A stretch of 64,000 nucleotides of DNA from a virus. Taxonomy: Duplodnaviria > Caudoviricetes. Below the pieces are notes generated by a model. It had not been told where the DNA came from and did no database searches. It saw only the letters and a list, made by a program, of their open reading frames with translations. Position 1 is the first letter of the stretch; every line of letters begins with the position of its first letter. This document shows, piece by piece, positions 1 through 8,531 of this stretch. The position numbers were made by a program, and so were the translations under genes. The DNA lies in the IMG/VR virus record IMGVR_UViG_3300027887_000011, positions 7,557 to 71,556 of that record. One strand, given 5' to 3'.

Positions 1-389
1 TCTTTAAGTCGTCCATTTCTCTCAACCTCCCAAGTACCATCCCGAAATAACTTCAATTCAAAATCAAAGTTAGGAAAATTCAGAACAGTAACTCCAGGAT
101 TACGTTTCTCCACCTGACATGGAAAACCTCCCGAAACAGTGAAGCTCGGAAGTATCGTTTGGAGTGCTTCATAAATACTTTCGGCTACACCACTACTACG
201 TGTATTCCATTTTTCTACGGCTTGTAGATCAGCCTGAAAAAGATGTAGAGTCATTCCTGCTGGACTTACTCTCGGTCCCTGGGCTCCACAACTACATCGC
301 ACAAAGCGTGCCTGGGTGTCTTTGCTTATATCCAGCTCGATAGTACTCCCTCCGCAGAAGGGGCAATTCTTCGCCTCTACCCTACTCAT
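1..389 (-). CDS. Lar (restriction alleviation)-like Zn-ribbon protein, partial (runs off the window edge)
   Basis: Manual translation from ATG 389 gives MSRVEAKNCPFCGG...FVRCSCGAQGP...AVEKWNTR, the CPFCG / C..CGA.GP / A...WN.R pattern of Lar-family proteins. No stop before base 1; absent from the ORF track. Confidence 0.6.
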   Translation of the reverse strand, partial: MSRVEAKNCPFCGGSTIELDISKDTQARFVRCSCGAQGPRVSPAGMTLHLFQADLQAVEKWNTRSSGVAESIYEALQTILPSFTVSGGFPCQVEKRNPGVTVLNFPNFDFELKLFRDGTWEVERNGRLK

Positions 390-588
390 TGAACATTCCG
401 TCCAGATCTAGTGGCTCGAAGTCTCTTGAGTGAACCCATTCCCATCTATCATCACGATAAATAAGAAATAAGGTATTGACCCAAGGAGATCCTGTTACAT
501 CTTTCATATTCAGATCTTCCTCAGTTCGAACTTGATAGACCCCATGATTCTTTTTCGTCTTCTTATCCGTAACAATAAAGAGTGACAT
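382..588 (-). CDS. hypothetical protein
   Basis: 68-aa ORF overlapping both neighbours; no motif recognised. Confidence 0.55.
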   Translation of the reverse strand: MSLFIVTDKKTKKNHGVYQVRTEEDLNMKDVTGSPWVNTLFLIYRDDRWEWVHSRDFEPLDLDGMFNE

Positions 589-746
589 TATTCTCCATAA
601 CCTTCCTGAAGGAATACTTTAAACCATTGGTTCTTGGTGATAACAAAATAAAGAAGTAATATACTTCCCAAGGGAATGAAGGCAAATACCCAATCTACAA
701 TAACGAACAGAATTAGGCATGCCATTGTGTATTGTCGTTGATTCAT
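588..746 (-). CDS. small membrane protein (52 aa)
   Basis: Manual translation MNQRQYTMACLILFVIVDWVFAFIPLGSILLLYFVITKNQWFKVFLQEGYGE; AGGAG upstream; hydrophobic hairpin. Confidence 0.55.
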   Translation of the reverse strand: MNQRQYTMACLILFVIVDWVFAFIPLGSILLLYFVITKNQWFKVFLQEGYGE

Positions 747-799
747 AAAAAACTCCTATAATTAAAGGTTTCAATGCTTTAAATCTTATACCTGAAAAC

Positions 800-828
800 T
801 TGATTTTGTCAATTATTTTTAGTATACT
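800..828 (+). promoter_or_regulatory. sigma70-like promoter
   Basis: TTGATT-N17-TATACT; overlaps a divergent TTGACA-containing candidate on the - strand. Confidence 0.5.
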
Positions 829-844
829 ATACCTACCAAACTAC

Positions 845-873
845 TTGAATAAGTCCACCAATTTTCCTATCAT
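845..873 (+). promoter_or_regulatory. sigma70-like promoter, possibly leaderless transcript
   Basis: TTGAAT-N17-TATCAT, 6 nt before ATG 880; no SD. Confidence 0.5.
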
Positions 874-879
874 ATAGTC

Positions 880-1329
880 ATGACAGTCGTAAATCATGCA
901 CTTACCGGCGCCGCACTAATGTTAGCCCTTGCAAAACTGTTTTTTGGCTCACTGTCACCAGTGACCTTTTGGGTTCTCTTAGTATACGGCTTAATCGCGG
1001 GATCTCTTCCCGATACTCTAGATTGGTTCCTGTGGTTCATTAGCGGAAAGAAGCTACAGCGCTGGGCCATCACTTATGGATGGTTTCATAAAACAAAGAT
1101 GGGACATTTAGTATCGGCCCTTCTTATTGCACCGTTACCCCATGTACTTGGGGACCATTTTATTCATCCTCCCGTTTTAGCAAATAAAGGGACAGATCCA
1201 TACGGGGATGAAATACTCATTGAGAAGCCTATTAAATTAAGTCGACATGACATCCTTTGGCTTCTTGGTGAATTAATGATGTTTCTATTCTTTATTATAC
1301 TGGTGGGGATATATCTATGGCCTTCTTAA
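880..1329 (+). CDS. YdjM-like membrane metal-dependent hydrolase
   Basis: NHALTG, LPDTLD, WFH and PHVLGD His/Asp motifs with several TM segments. Confidence 0.55.
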   Translation: MTVVNHALTGAALMLALAKLFFGSLSPVTFWVLLVYGLIAGSLPDTLDWFLWFISGKKLQRWAITYGWFHKTKMGHLVSALLIAPLPHVLGDHFIHPPVLANKGTDPYGDEILIEKPIKLSRHDILWLLGELMMFLFFIILVGIYLWPS

Positions 1330-1898
1330 TCAATCCAGGCGATATCATTATCGTCGATAACTATAATGGAAATTTCCTATCAAAAGCGATTCGCTTTTTT
1401 ACGAATAGTTGGACACATACCGCTGTTGGGTTTGTCAATATTCCAAGGAATCCTTTAGCGGAACAAATGCTTTTTGAAGCGAATATCATGGTAGGATTAA
1501 CAGCTTGGGATAAGACCTTCGATGACTATGGAATGGATGTTCGGGTTTATCGATGGAAGAAAAAAGTAGCTTCCGAAAAAGCTGTTTGGGAAATTTTTGA
1601 TGCATACAATGGGAATACATATGGGTTTGCTCAACTACTGTGGTTTGTTTGGAGATGGGTAATCGAGAAACTCCACCTTCCCAAGCGCTGGGCAGTTTAT
1701 AACTTCTTCCCAGGAAATGAAATTTGTACAGAAGTGGTTTACGTATTTTTCAAAAAATTAAACGACACCGTCGTTAACGGAGCCCTTCAAAGGCTTGGAC
1801 GTAATCAAAACTCAGTTCACCCAGGAGACATCATTGCGATTTGCGAAGATCTTTGCAAAGTTGATGCCCTGGAAATGGTTTATAACAGACAACGATAA
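1317..1898 (+). CDS. permuted papain-like amidase (YaeF/YiiX type)
   Basis: PGDIIIV, SKAIRFFTNSWTHTAV (His), YGF, ICTEVV (Cys), HPGDI. Confidence 0.75.
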   Translation: MAFLINPGDIIIVDNYNGNFLSKAIRFFTNSWTHTAVGFVNIPRNPLAEQMLFEANIMVGLTAWDKTFDDYGMDVRVYRWKKKVASEKAVWEIFDAYNGNTYGFAQLLWFVWRWVIEKLHLPKRWAVYNFFPGNEICTEVVYVFFKKLNDTVVNGALQRLGRNQNSVHPGDIIAICEDLCKVDALEMVYNRQR

Positions 1899-1907
1899 GA
1901 TACATAT

Positions 1908-2111
1908 ATGAACCTATGGTGCCCAGATTGTGGAAGTACCTCTTTCTTCTACAACACAGTTGAAAAAGAAGAGGATAAGCAAGAAGGTATGACCATTGTA
2001 ACAGACCACATGAAATGTAAGAAGTGTAACAAAGAGTTTAACATCAAGTGGTACGAATACATTCGGAACAGCTGGTTAGAGAATCAGCCAAAAAGTTTTA
2101 AACGAAAATAA
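1908..2111 (+). CDS. small Zn-ribbon protein
   Basis: CPDC...CKKC. Confidence 0.6.
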   Translation: MNLWCPDCGSTSFFYNTVEKEEDKQEGMTIVTDHMKCKKCNKEFNIKWYEYIRNSWLENQPKSFKRK

Positions 2112-2120
2112 ATGGAGGAA

Positions 2121-2154
2121 GGGTAGGAGGGGCGACTCTCCTACCCATATTTTT
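2121..2154 (+). terminator. intrinsic terminator
   Basis: GGGTAGGAG/CTCCTACCC stem followed by ATATTTTT. Confidence 0.55.
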
Positions 2155-2156
2155 AT

Positions 2157-2690
2157 ATGGCCCAACAAGCATCAACAGGCGATCCTAATCTATTTGCAAA
2201 CTATCTCTTTAATGGATATTCTAGTACTCCAAATACGGGACCCTTTATCTACCTCTCGGGAATGAGTACAGTTTTTCCAGGAACTTATACTATACCTAAT
2301 GTTCCACAACAGCCCTGGCTTCAACCTAATATAGTTATCAATACTCCCCAGGTTTCTTTTACTCCATATGTATCCGGATCTATAAATCTGGGATCTATGC
2401 ACAAGGACGCCTTTATAACATTTGTTAGGGCACACCTAACGGGAAAGTGCCTAGTCTTTGTAGAGCCGGGTGATGATAAATATAGAATAGTAAATAAAAT
2501 AGAAGCCCTAAAATTTGCGTGGTTTCATTTCTGTAATATGTTCGTAGCCCCAAATTTTAAGAGTTATAAGGAGTTACAATACTCCGATGAAGAATGGACA
2601 ATCTTCTTCAAACCAGCAGAGACGTCAGAAGAGTTACTTGAAGCATTTGAGTTTACTTTTGATCAGATCTGTGAAGCACTTTCAATTTAA
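2157..2690 (+). CDS. hypothetical protein
   Basis: 177-aa ORF fitting the + strand gene run. Confidence 0.6.
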   Translation: MAQQASTGDPNLFANYLFNGYSSTPNTGPFIYLSGMSTVFPGTYTIPNVPQQPWLQPNIVINTPQVSFTPYVSGSINLGSMHKDAFITFVRAHLTGKCLVFVEPGDDKYRIVNKIEALKFAWFHFCNMFVAPNFKSYKELQYSDEEWTIFFKPAETSEELLEAFEFTFDQICEALSI

Positions 2691-2697
2691 GGAATAT

Positions 2698-3243
2698 ATG
2701 CAATTAAATGCAGCAAGATTGACATTACGTGGTCTGTCAAGAAGTAAGGCCCAGCGATTTTGTGATGAAATCGAACGTATGAGGGGACATACAAATTTAA
2801 ACCCCGAATGGATTTATAATAGAATAAAGCGACTCCTTCTTCCAGGGAATTATATAGCATGTGAGACATGTGGAATGGCAACAACCTTTGAAGGTATTAC
2901 CATTGACCACAAAGTTCCCAGAGCAGCGCATAAGCACTATGAAGGAAATATTCATGGAGTTGAGAACCTGGAACTCATTTGTCCTACTTGCAATTCATTG
3001 AAAGGACAAAAGACACTCCCCGATTTTCTTGAATTTTTAAGACACAGGAATGAGCAAATTATACAGCTTCGCAAATCCGCTGGACGGAAAGACGTTGTCG
3101 CACCTCTATTCCCAACCATCGGCCTGGGAGAACAAATTTTTGGTCCAGATACCTCAAGTGATAGAATTAAAGCACATAAGGCAACAGCTAAGGGAAAACA
3201 TAAAAGACCTAAACGCGGTAGGCCACGGAACCATCACCCATAA
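2698..3243 (+). CDS. HNH endonuclease
   Basis: CETC...TIDHKVP...NLELICPTCNSLKG; start moved to ATG 2698 (AAGGA upstream); basic C-terminal tail. Confidence 0.8.
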   Translation: MQLNAARLTLRGLSRSKAQRFCDEIERMRGHTNLNPEWIYNRIKRLLLPGNYIACETCGMATTFEGITIDHKVPRAAHKHYEGNIHGVENLELICPTCNSLKGQKTLPDFLEFLRHRNEQIIQLRKSAGRKDVVAPLFPTIGLGEQIFGPDTSSDRIKAHKATAKGKHKRPKRGRPRNHHP

Positions 3244-3685
3244 TTTCGGAAACGAAAACGAAGGTGTTATCTTTACATTGCGTGATGCAACTAAACACGT
3301 AGATGTTCACTTAACTATTTCGTTAGAGTCTCTATCTAAATTAAAAGTGATCACTAACATGGCTATTCTGGGATTTATCGATACTCACCTTGTTGTTGTA
3401 AAAGAAAAGGAAGGACTAGCACATATACTAAGCACCGACGAGATGCTTAATTACTTACGTGTCCTAAGTCTTTCAGCCCCCAAGATTATTAGTGAGGCCT
3501 CCTTGGTATATTCTGAAATGGTGGAGATGTTTTCGGAACGTAACGAGGAGTGGTCTTTAAATACAGTCTATACTCCGTACAATAGAGAGAAGTTATCTCT
3601 CAAATTGGATATGTTGTATTTTCTTCCACTAAAGGAGTTATTGGACGAATTAGCATTTATACGAATTGAATCATACACCAACTGA
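3050..3685 (+). CDS. hypothetical protein (true start probably near 3240)
   Basis: ORF fills the gap between HNH and amidase; N-terminal part overlaps HNH. Confidence 0.5.
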   Translation: MSKLYSFANPLDGKTLSHLYSQPSAWENKFLVQIPQVIELKHIRQQLRENIKDLNAVGHGTITHNFGNENEGVIFTLRDATKHVDVHLTISLESLSKLKVITNMAILGFIDTHLVVVKEKEGLAHILSTDEMLNYLRVLSLSAPKIISEASLVYSEMVEMFSERNEEWSLNTVYTPYNREKLSLKLDMLYFLPLKELLDELAFIRIESYTN

Positions 3686-3686
3686 C

Positions 3687-4397
3687 ATGGCAACTATAAC
3701 AATAAACAGACAATTAAGACTGACAGACGATCAGTACTTTAAGGAAGAAACGACAAAAACTCAAGTAGTCCTACATCATACCGTGGGCGGTAGTGCGAAG
3801 TCAACCTTCAACTACTGGCAATCCAACCCAGACCGTATCGCGACCGCATACCTCGTGGAACGTGATGGAACTATCTATGAAGTGTTTGATCCTTTATATT
3901 GGGCACATCATCTTGGATTGAAACATCCTCGTAATGGTATCTACAATAAGGCATCCATCGGAATTGAGATAGCTTCCGAAGGTGGTCTGAGAAGCGGAGA
4001 AGAACTAAATAAAAAGCTTGGTCAGCCCAAGTTTGATCCTCTATATCTCTATGCGTTCGATATAGATACGCCTCCGTTTACCAACGCCAAAAAGATGTAT
4101 CATCTGGTTAACGATCGAACAAAGTATTTTGATATGTTAGATTTAAGCCTGGGGGCATTTCGTACATTCCGCTGGTTTGATGCCTATGATGAGCCCCAGG
4201 TAGTTTCCACAATAGCACTTGTCAAGCATCTATGCGAACAATTCTCAATTAAGACGGCTATATCTGAAAGTTTTGAGTTTGATGAGAAGTGGATGGAGTT
4301 CCAGGGCATTATTACGCATGTCAACGTCCGAAAGGATAAATCTGATCTAAGTCCGGGTTGGAACTGGGATAGGTTGAAAAACGCCTTAGCCTCTTGA
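3687..4397 (+). CDS. N-acetylmuramoyl-L-alanine amidase (Amidase_2), probable endolysin
   Basis: VVLHHT, AYLVERDGTIY, WAHHLG, SIGIEI, ITHVNVRKDKSDLSPG zinc-amidase motifs. Confidence 0.85.
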   Translation: MATITINRQLRLTDDQYFKEETTKTQVVLHHTVGGSAKSTFNYWQSNPDRIATAYLVERDGTIYEVFDPLYWAHHLGLKHPRNGIYNKASIGIEIASEGGLRSGEELNKKLGQPKFDPLYLYAFDIDTPPFTNAKKMYHLVNDRTKYFDMLDLSLGAFRTFRWFDAYDEPQVVSTIALVKHLCEQFSIKTAISESFEFDEKWMEFQGIITHVNVRKDKSDLSPGWNWDRLKNALAS

Positions 4398-4422
4398 TTT
4401 TACTACAGAAAAATAGTATATT
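4394..4422 (+). promoter_or_regulatory. sigma70-like promoter
   Basis: TTGATT-N17-TATATT; only 3 nt before ATG 4426, so doubtful. Confidence 0.35.
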
Positions 4423-4425
4423 ATA

Positions 4426-4896
4426 ATGAATTGGTCTAGTGTCATATGGAATATGTATCGCCAGGAGGGGAAAACCGTCCAGGAGATCATTAATTATTTC
4501 GACCAGCCACTAGTAAACAGAGAATACATTTTAACGGTATTGGAGAATATTAAGTATCTAAAGAAACCGCCAAAGATACGAACATGGAATAAACGGTTAT
4601 TCCAACACCGTCCTCCATTACCAGGAACCAAGGCGCGAATAACGTGGGATAAAGTACAGGAGATCGGCGGCAAAGAAGCTTTTTTAGAACTTGAGAAAAC
4701 AAAGAGCCTTTCACAGATAGCTAGAGATTGGAATTTTTCTGTGAGCCAGATACTCAACTATAAAAGAGATTTCATCATTGGTCGGTCAGAAGAGGCACGC
4801 TTCCGTCCTAAAGTACGATACGAGATTATGAAAAGATATCGCGCCGGCTTGAAACGAAGGCCGGTGAAGCCGAAAGATCTAAAGAATCTATGGTAA
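4426..4896 (+). CDS. basic protein with putative HTH motifs
   Basis: KTVQEIINYF and KSLSQIARDWNFSVSQI HTH-like segments. Confidence 0.5.
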   Translation: MNWSSVIWNMYRQEGKTVQEIINYFDQPLVNREYILTVLENIKYLKKPPKIRTWNKRLFQHRPPLPGTKARITWDKVQEIGGKEAFLELEKTKSLSQIARDWNFSVSQILNYKRDFIIGRSEEARFRPKVRYEIMKRYRAGLKRRPVKPKDLKNLW

Positions 4897-5846
4897 GAAT
4901 ACCTGAACGTAAATATATGCAAACATTAATCGCAGGGAAAATATCCTCTGCGTTGTTTGTTGATGATCTTCAGACACGGAAGATTCCTATTCCTAAGGAA
5001 AAGGATATTTTGGAATTACGAGATGAACTTGTTTCATCGAATCCAGAATACTTTACTACTCCTAATATGGAAGCTGATCCAGATTGGTTGAAGTCCTGGG
5101 GACTTAGTCCTCTCTTCTATTTCCGTTTTCAAAAACCCACCGACTTATCTCTAAAGGGTTGTGAAGGCGCGTATCGTATGATGGAAGATCCGCGGATGAT
5201 GAAATACATGAACCTCCTTGCCTTTGCAGGAGCCAACCAAGAAGACATCGAAATTATTCTCAACTCAAAATATAACATATCCTATGAGACCGAAGACTTT
5301 ACCATGTTCCTTCGCTATTTCGCCAACTACGAAGGATGGACATTCAATGATAAAGAATTATATTCCGACGCCCTTACCGACCCAGACCAGCGAAAATTAT
5401 ATAAACTCGCCATCAAGGGAGATCGTGCCCAACTTGTCTGGGAACTGGGATTGGGATCTGATCCAACACTCTCGATGGACGACCTCCTTCGAGATATGTT
5501 TACAGACTCATACTTCTATTTCAAGAAAAATGTAAAACTCAGACCAGACGATGCACAGAAGTTTGCCGGACTTGCAGTAAAGATATCTGATCGTCTGGAA
5601 TCTATGCAGGATAAGAAACAGAGCTCTCAGGATCTTATTGGAGAACTCAAAGTAAAACTTCAAAATAAGAATACGCTCGATGATCCTAAACAAACCATAA
5701 TTAACATAGGAGATCTTCATGTGGAGCTTCCGGCTCCAACTACAGAATCAATTTCCGATCTGACGGCGTTAATGAATGAAGACGTAAAAAACTTAAATCA
5801 AATGGAAAAACACGATGACGGACAAAGCCCAGAAAATATTGAGTAA
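4890..5846 (+). CDS. hypothetical protein (helical; terminase small subunit not excluded)
   Basis: 318-aa ORF upstream of the cargo/terminase cluster; no diagnostic motif. Confidence 0.55.
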   Translation: MVRIPERKYMQTLIAGKISSALFVDDLQTRKIPIPKEKDILELRDELVSSNPEYFTTPNMEADPDWLKSWGLSPLFYFRFQKPTDLSLKGCEGAYRMMEDPRMMKYMNLLAFAGANQEDIEIILNSKYNISYETEDFTMFLRYFANYEGWTFNDKELYSDALTDPDQRKLYKLAIKGDRAQLVWELGLGSDPTLSMDDLLRDMFTDSYFYFKKNVKLRPDDAQKFAGLAVKISDRLESMQDKKQSSQDLIGELKVKLQNKNTLDDPKQTIINIGDLHVELPAPTTESISDLTALMNEDVKNLNQMEKHDDGQSPENIE

Positions 5847-6870
5847 GATAGCAGGAGCGGAAGATGTAGCCGCCAAAACTATTTTAAAGCTTACAGGAAA
5901 TTCTCCTCACTATGGAGTTATGATTCCCCGAGGACGTGTACTGAGAGCCATCGGTAGCGGACTTAAAACAAGAGTTCCTACTGGTCCTCAATATGCCCCA
6001 GCCGAAACAATTGCAGATGTTTTGAAAAAGACAACTAAAACTGCCGGCTTAGTAGATGAAACTGTTGATGTTCTCAATTCTCAACAGGCGGGATATCGTG
6101 GGGTTTATGATCCTAGAAAACGAATTAAGGTTGCTGGGGTCGTGGATCGTTCCATTGCAGAAATCAATGAACTTCAGTGGGGTTATCGTAGCATGAGAAA
6201 TCCTTATGCTGAAGCCAACAGCTCTTCACGTAATACAAACTACATGGCTGACTACTTTGCTAAGCAATCGTCTCTTATTAAGATTGCTATTATTCGCAAG
6301 GAGAAAGATGGTTATCATATCTATGGTCATTCGGGAAAACATCTGGGTGGCCCATATTCCGAAGCACACGCAAAGAAACGTCTTCAGCAAATTGAATACT
6401 TTAAAAAGCAAGCTCTGTTTCTCGACAAGTTTCCAAAGATCCGTAAGGGATTAGCTACGGCTATGACAGCCGGAGCTTTAGCGACTCCAGCCAAGGCTGG
6501 TATTGGTGACCTGGCAAAAGCTCTGGAGAAAGAGGCTCCAAAATTAGAGGCAACATCCTTATCTCGTGTCCATTACCATAAACCCGAAACAGCCGAAGCA
6601 CAAAGATATGTGACCAATGCTGGGCTCAAAGGACCGCACTGGGTAACTTCAGATACGACACGAACCATGCTTCCTACAGGAGCCGAGAGACGTCATATTG
6701 AAACTTTCTATTTTCCTCAAGAGAGTGGAGAGACAATGCGAGAAGTTACAAAGGAAGTTGTAAATAAGAAGTATCCCGATCTTATGGATCGCGAGTCTTG
6801 GCTTACGAAGTTTGATTATGATGAGGCAAAGAAGTATCTTGAGATGAAGAAAACCCTAGCAACAAAATGA
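5815..6870 (+). CDS. putative head-cargo polyprotein
   Basis: Starts MTDKAQKILSKIA; several K-x-A sites; contains the small phage module IIRKEKDGY..GKHLGGPY..AKKRLQQIEYFK. Confidence 0.55.
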   Translation: MTDKAQKILSKIAGAEDVAAKTILKLTGNSPHYGVMIPRGRVLRAIGSGLKTRVPTGPQYAPAETIADVLKKTTKTAGLVDETVDVLNSQQAGYRGVYDPRKRIKVAGVVDRSIAEINELQWGYRSMRNPYAEANSSSRNTNYMADYFAKQSSLIKIAIIRKEKDGYHIYGHSGKHLGGPYSEAHAKKRLQQIEYFKKQALFLDKFPKIRKGLATAMTAGALATPAKAGIGDLAKALEKEAPKLEATSLSRVHYHKPETAEAQRYVTNAGLKGPHWVTSDTTRTMLPTGAERRHIETFYFPQESGETMREVTKEVVNKKYPDLMDRESWLTKFDYDEAKKYLEMKKTLATK

Positions 6871-7325
6871 ACGAACAACCAGAAGCAATAGCGGGAAGAT
6901 TAGATCAGGAGATGGATGATCGTAAACTTACTTTTAGTGAACAAGCACGATTATCTGGGAAGGAACCTATGACGGATAAAGCCAAATTTATTCTGGAAAA
7001 GAAGATAGTAAAAGGGAAGCCAATTATTATGGCTAAGGATGATCGTGTAGGTCCGGTTATTCAGGATCAAGTTCTCTTATCAGGTTCAGGTACTTCAGAT
7101 CTTCTTGGAGGAAAAGTAGCTTCCTTTAAATTTCCTCGAGCACCCCTAATGTCAGATCTTGTGGCAACCAAAGATTTTGAAATGAAGTCTAAAGCAATAC
7201 GTAAAATGGAGTACTCGATGCTTGGAACTCTTACACGCAAAGACGGATATAACCAAGTATCAAAAGGTATTCTAACTGGAAATATATTAAAGAAACCAGG
7301 ACTACCACAAACACCAGGACTCTAA
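6867..7325 (+). CDS. putative head-cargo protein
   Basis: Internal MTDKAKFILEKK motif (ATG 6969) and GKVAS site. Confidence 0.5.
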   Translation: MNEQPEAIAGRLDQEMDDRKLTFSEQARLSGKEPMTDKAKFILEKKIVKGKPIIMAKDDRVGPVIQDQVLLSGSGTSDLLGGKVASFKFPRAPLMSDLVATKDFEMKSKAIRKMEYSMLGTLTRKDGYNQVSKGILTGNILKKPGLPQTPGL

Positions 7326-7326
7326 T

Positions 7327-7779
7327 ATGCCAACACACAGACGAAAACCAAAGACTGAGAAGGAAGCTTGGGGCATGGTTTTTTCCGGCTGGCGCTTTCT
7401 TCTTACAACCAGAATCGAGACCATAACAGATATCGTGAAAAAAGGAATATACTGGCCACTAACTTTCTATATGCTATTTGGGGGATCCATCTTTGCCTAC
7501 AATTATTTCACCGTAGATAAATTTGAGATAAAAGAATTTGGCAATAATACAACCGAATTCTCATTGATGCCTCAAGCATATGCAGCACCACAGGATGGTA
7601 CAAGGGTTCAAATTGGAAAGCAATCGGTACGAATCGAGACCTATCCCTATGATTCCTATATAACAAAGGGATTCGAATATATTGTTATTGTGCCTAAGGG
7701 ATCTGATAAGGGTATAGGTATTTCAATACCACCTGACCAACGAAAAGAATTGATGTCTAGATTTTTAGAGAAACGATAA
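7327..7779 (+). CDS. single-pass membrane protein
   Basis: TM segment IYWPLTFYMLFGGSIFAY. Confidence 0.55.
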   Translation: MPTHRRKPKTEKEAWGMVFSGWRFLLTTRIETITDIVKKGIYWPLTFYMLFGGSIFAYNYFTVDKFEIKEFGNNTTEFSLMPQAYAAPQDGTRVQIGKQSVRIETYPYDSYITKGFEYIVIVPKGSDKGIGISIPPDQRKELMSRFLEKR

Positions 7780-8531
7780 TGTCCTTATTTGATACGCCAA
7801 AACCATATCTTAACCCAGCAGTCTGGAATCCTGACAAAACAGTAAAACCGGAAGTGAAGGAGTACATCTTTAATCTTCTTCAGCAGGTATTTCCTTTGGG
7901 TAAACTTTATTCTGCTACACTTATAGGGTCAAGTGTAGGTTATCAATATTCTGATACTTCGGATATTGACATTAATATCGTAGCACGTAAGGGAGAAACT
8001 TTTGATCAGTGGCATCCTGTCTTTAAGGTATTCAATAAGAAGACAAATTATCTTCCTGGAACAAAACATCCGATTAATTTCTTCTTTCAAGAGTTTACTC
8101 AAGACAATGATTGGAGCAACTCTTTAGGTGCATACAATCTATTTACCGGACAATGGGAAAAAGCTCCAATTCCTTTTGCTGAACTCGGTGATCCAGAAAC
8201 CAAATACGAACGTGAAATTGCTTATGGACGAATGGTTCTTCAAATGATTGAGACGCAGGTAGCCCGAGCAAAGGAAGCAAATGCTCGTGGAGATAAGGCT
8301 ACGGGGCGAAGAATTTATACTGAACTCGCGATACTCTTCAAACAAATCGAGGATAATAGAAAGACGGCATATAAGTACGGAACAGGAACTCCCGCACTTC
8401 AAGAGTACAATATAATATATAAGTTAATAGAGGGTAGTATCTATCATGACCTCTTTAGAAAATTAGTAGATTTTTATGACGAAGAGATTTCTCCTATAAA
8501 ACCTGGAACACAAGATGACCCCCAAAGCTAA
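7779..8531 (+). CDS. Pol-beta superfamily nucleotidyltransferase
   Basis: LIGSSVGYQYSDTSDIDINI (GS...DxD) followed by a helical C-terminal region. Confidence 0.75.
   Translation: MSLFDTPKPYLNPAVWNPDKTVKPEVKEYIFNLLQQVFPLGKLYSATLIGSSVGYQYSDTSDIDINIVARKGETFDQWHPVFKVFNKKTNYLPGTKHPINFFFQEFTQDNDWSNSLGAYNLFTGQWEKAPIPFAELGDPETKYEREIAYGRMVLQMIETQVARAKEANARGDKATGRRIYTELAILFKQIEDNRKTAYKYGTGTPALQEYNIIYKLIEGSIYHDLFRKLVDFYDEEISPIKPGTQDDPQS

Noticed and set aside
2698-3243. HNH as a mobile homing endonuclease insertion
   Set aside because: It is free-standing with no interrupted gene or flanking repeats; a packaging-associated or other role cannot be distinguished, so it is not called mobile.
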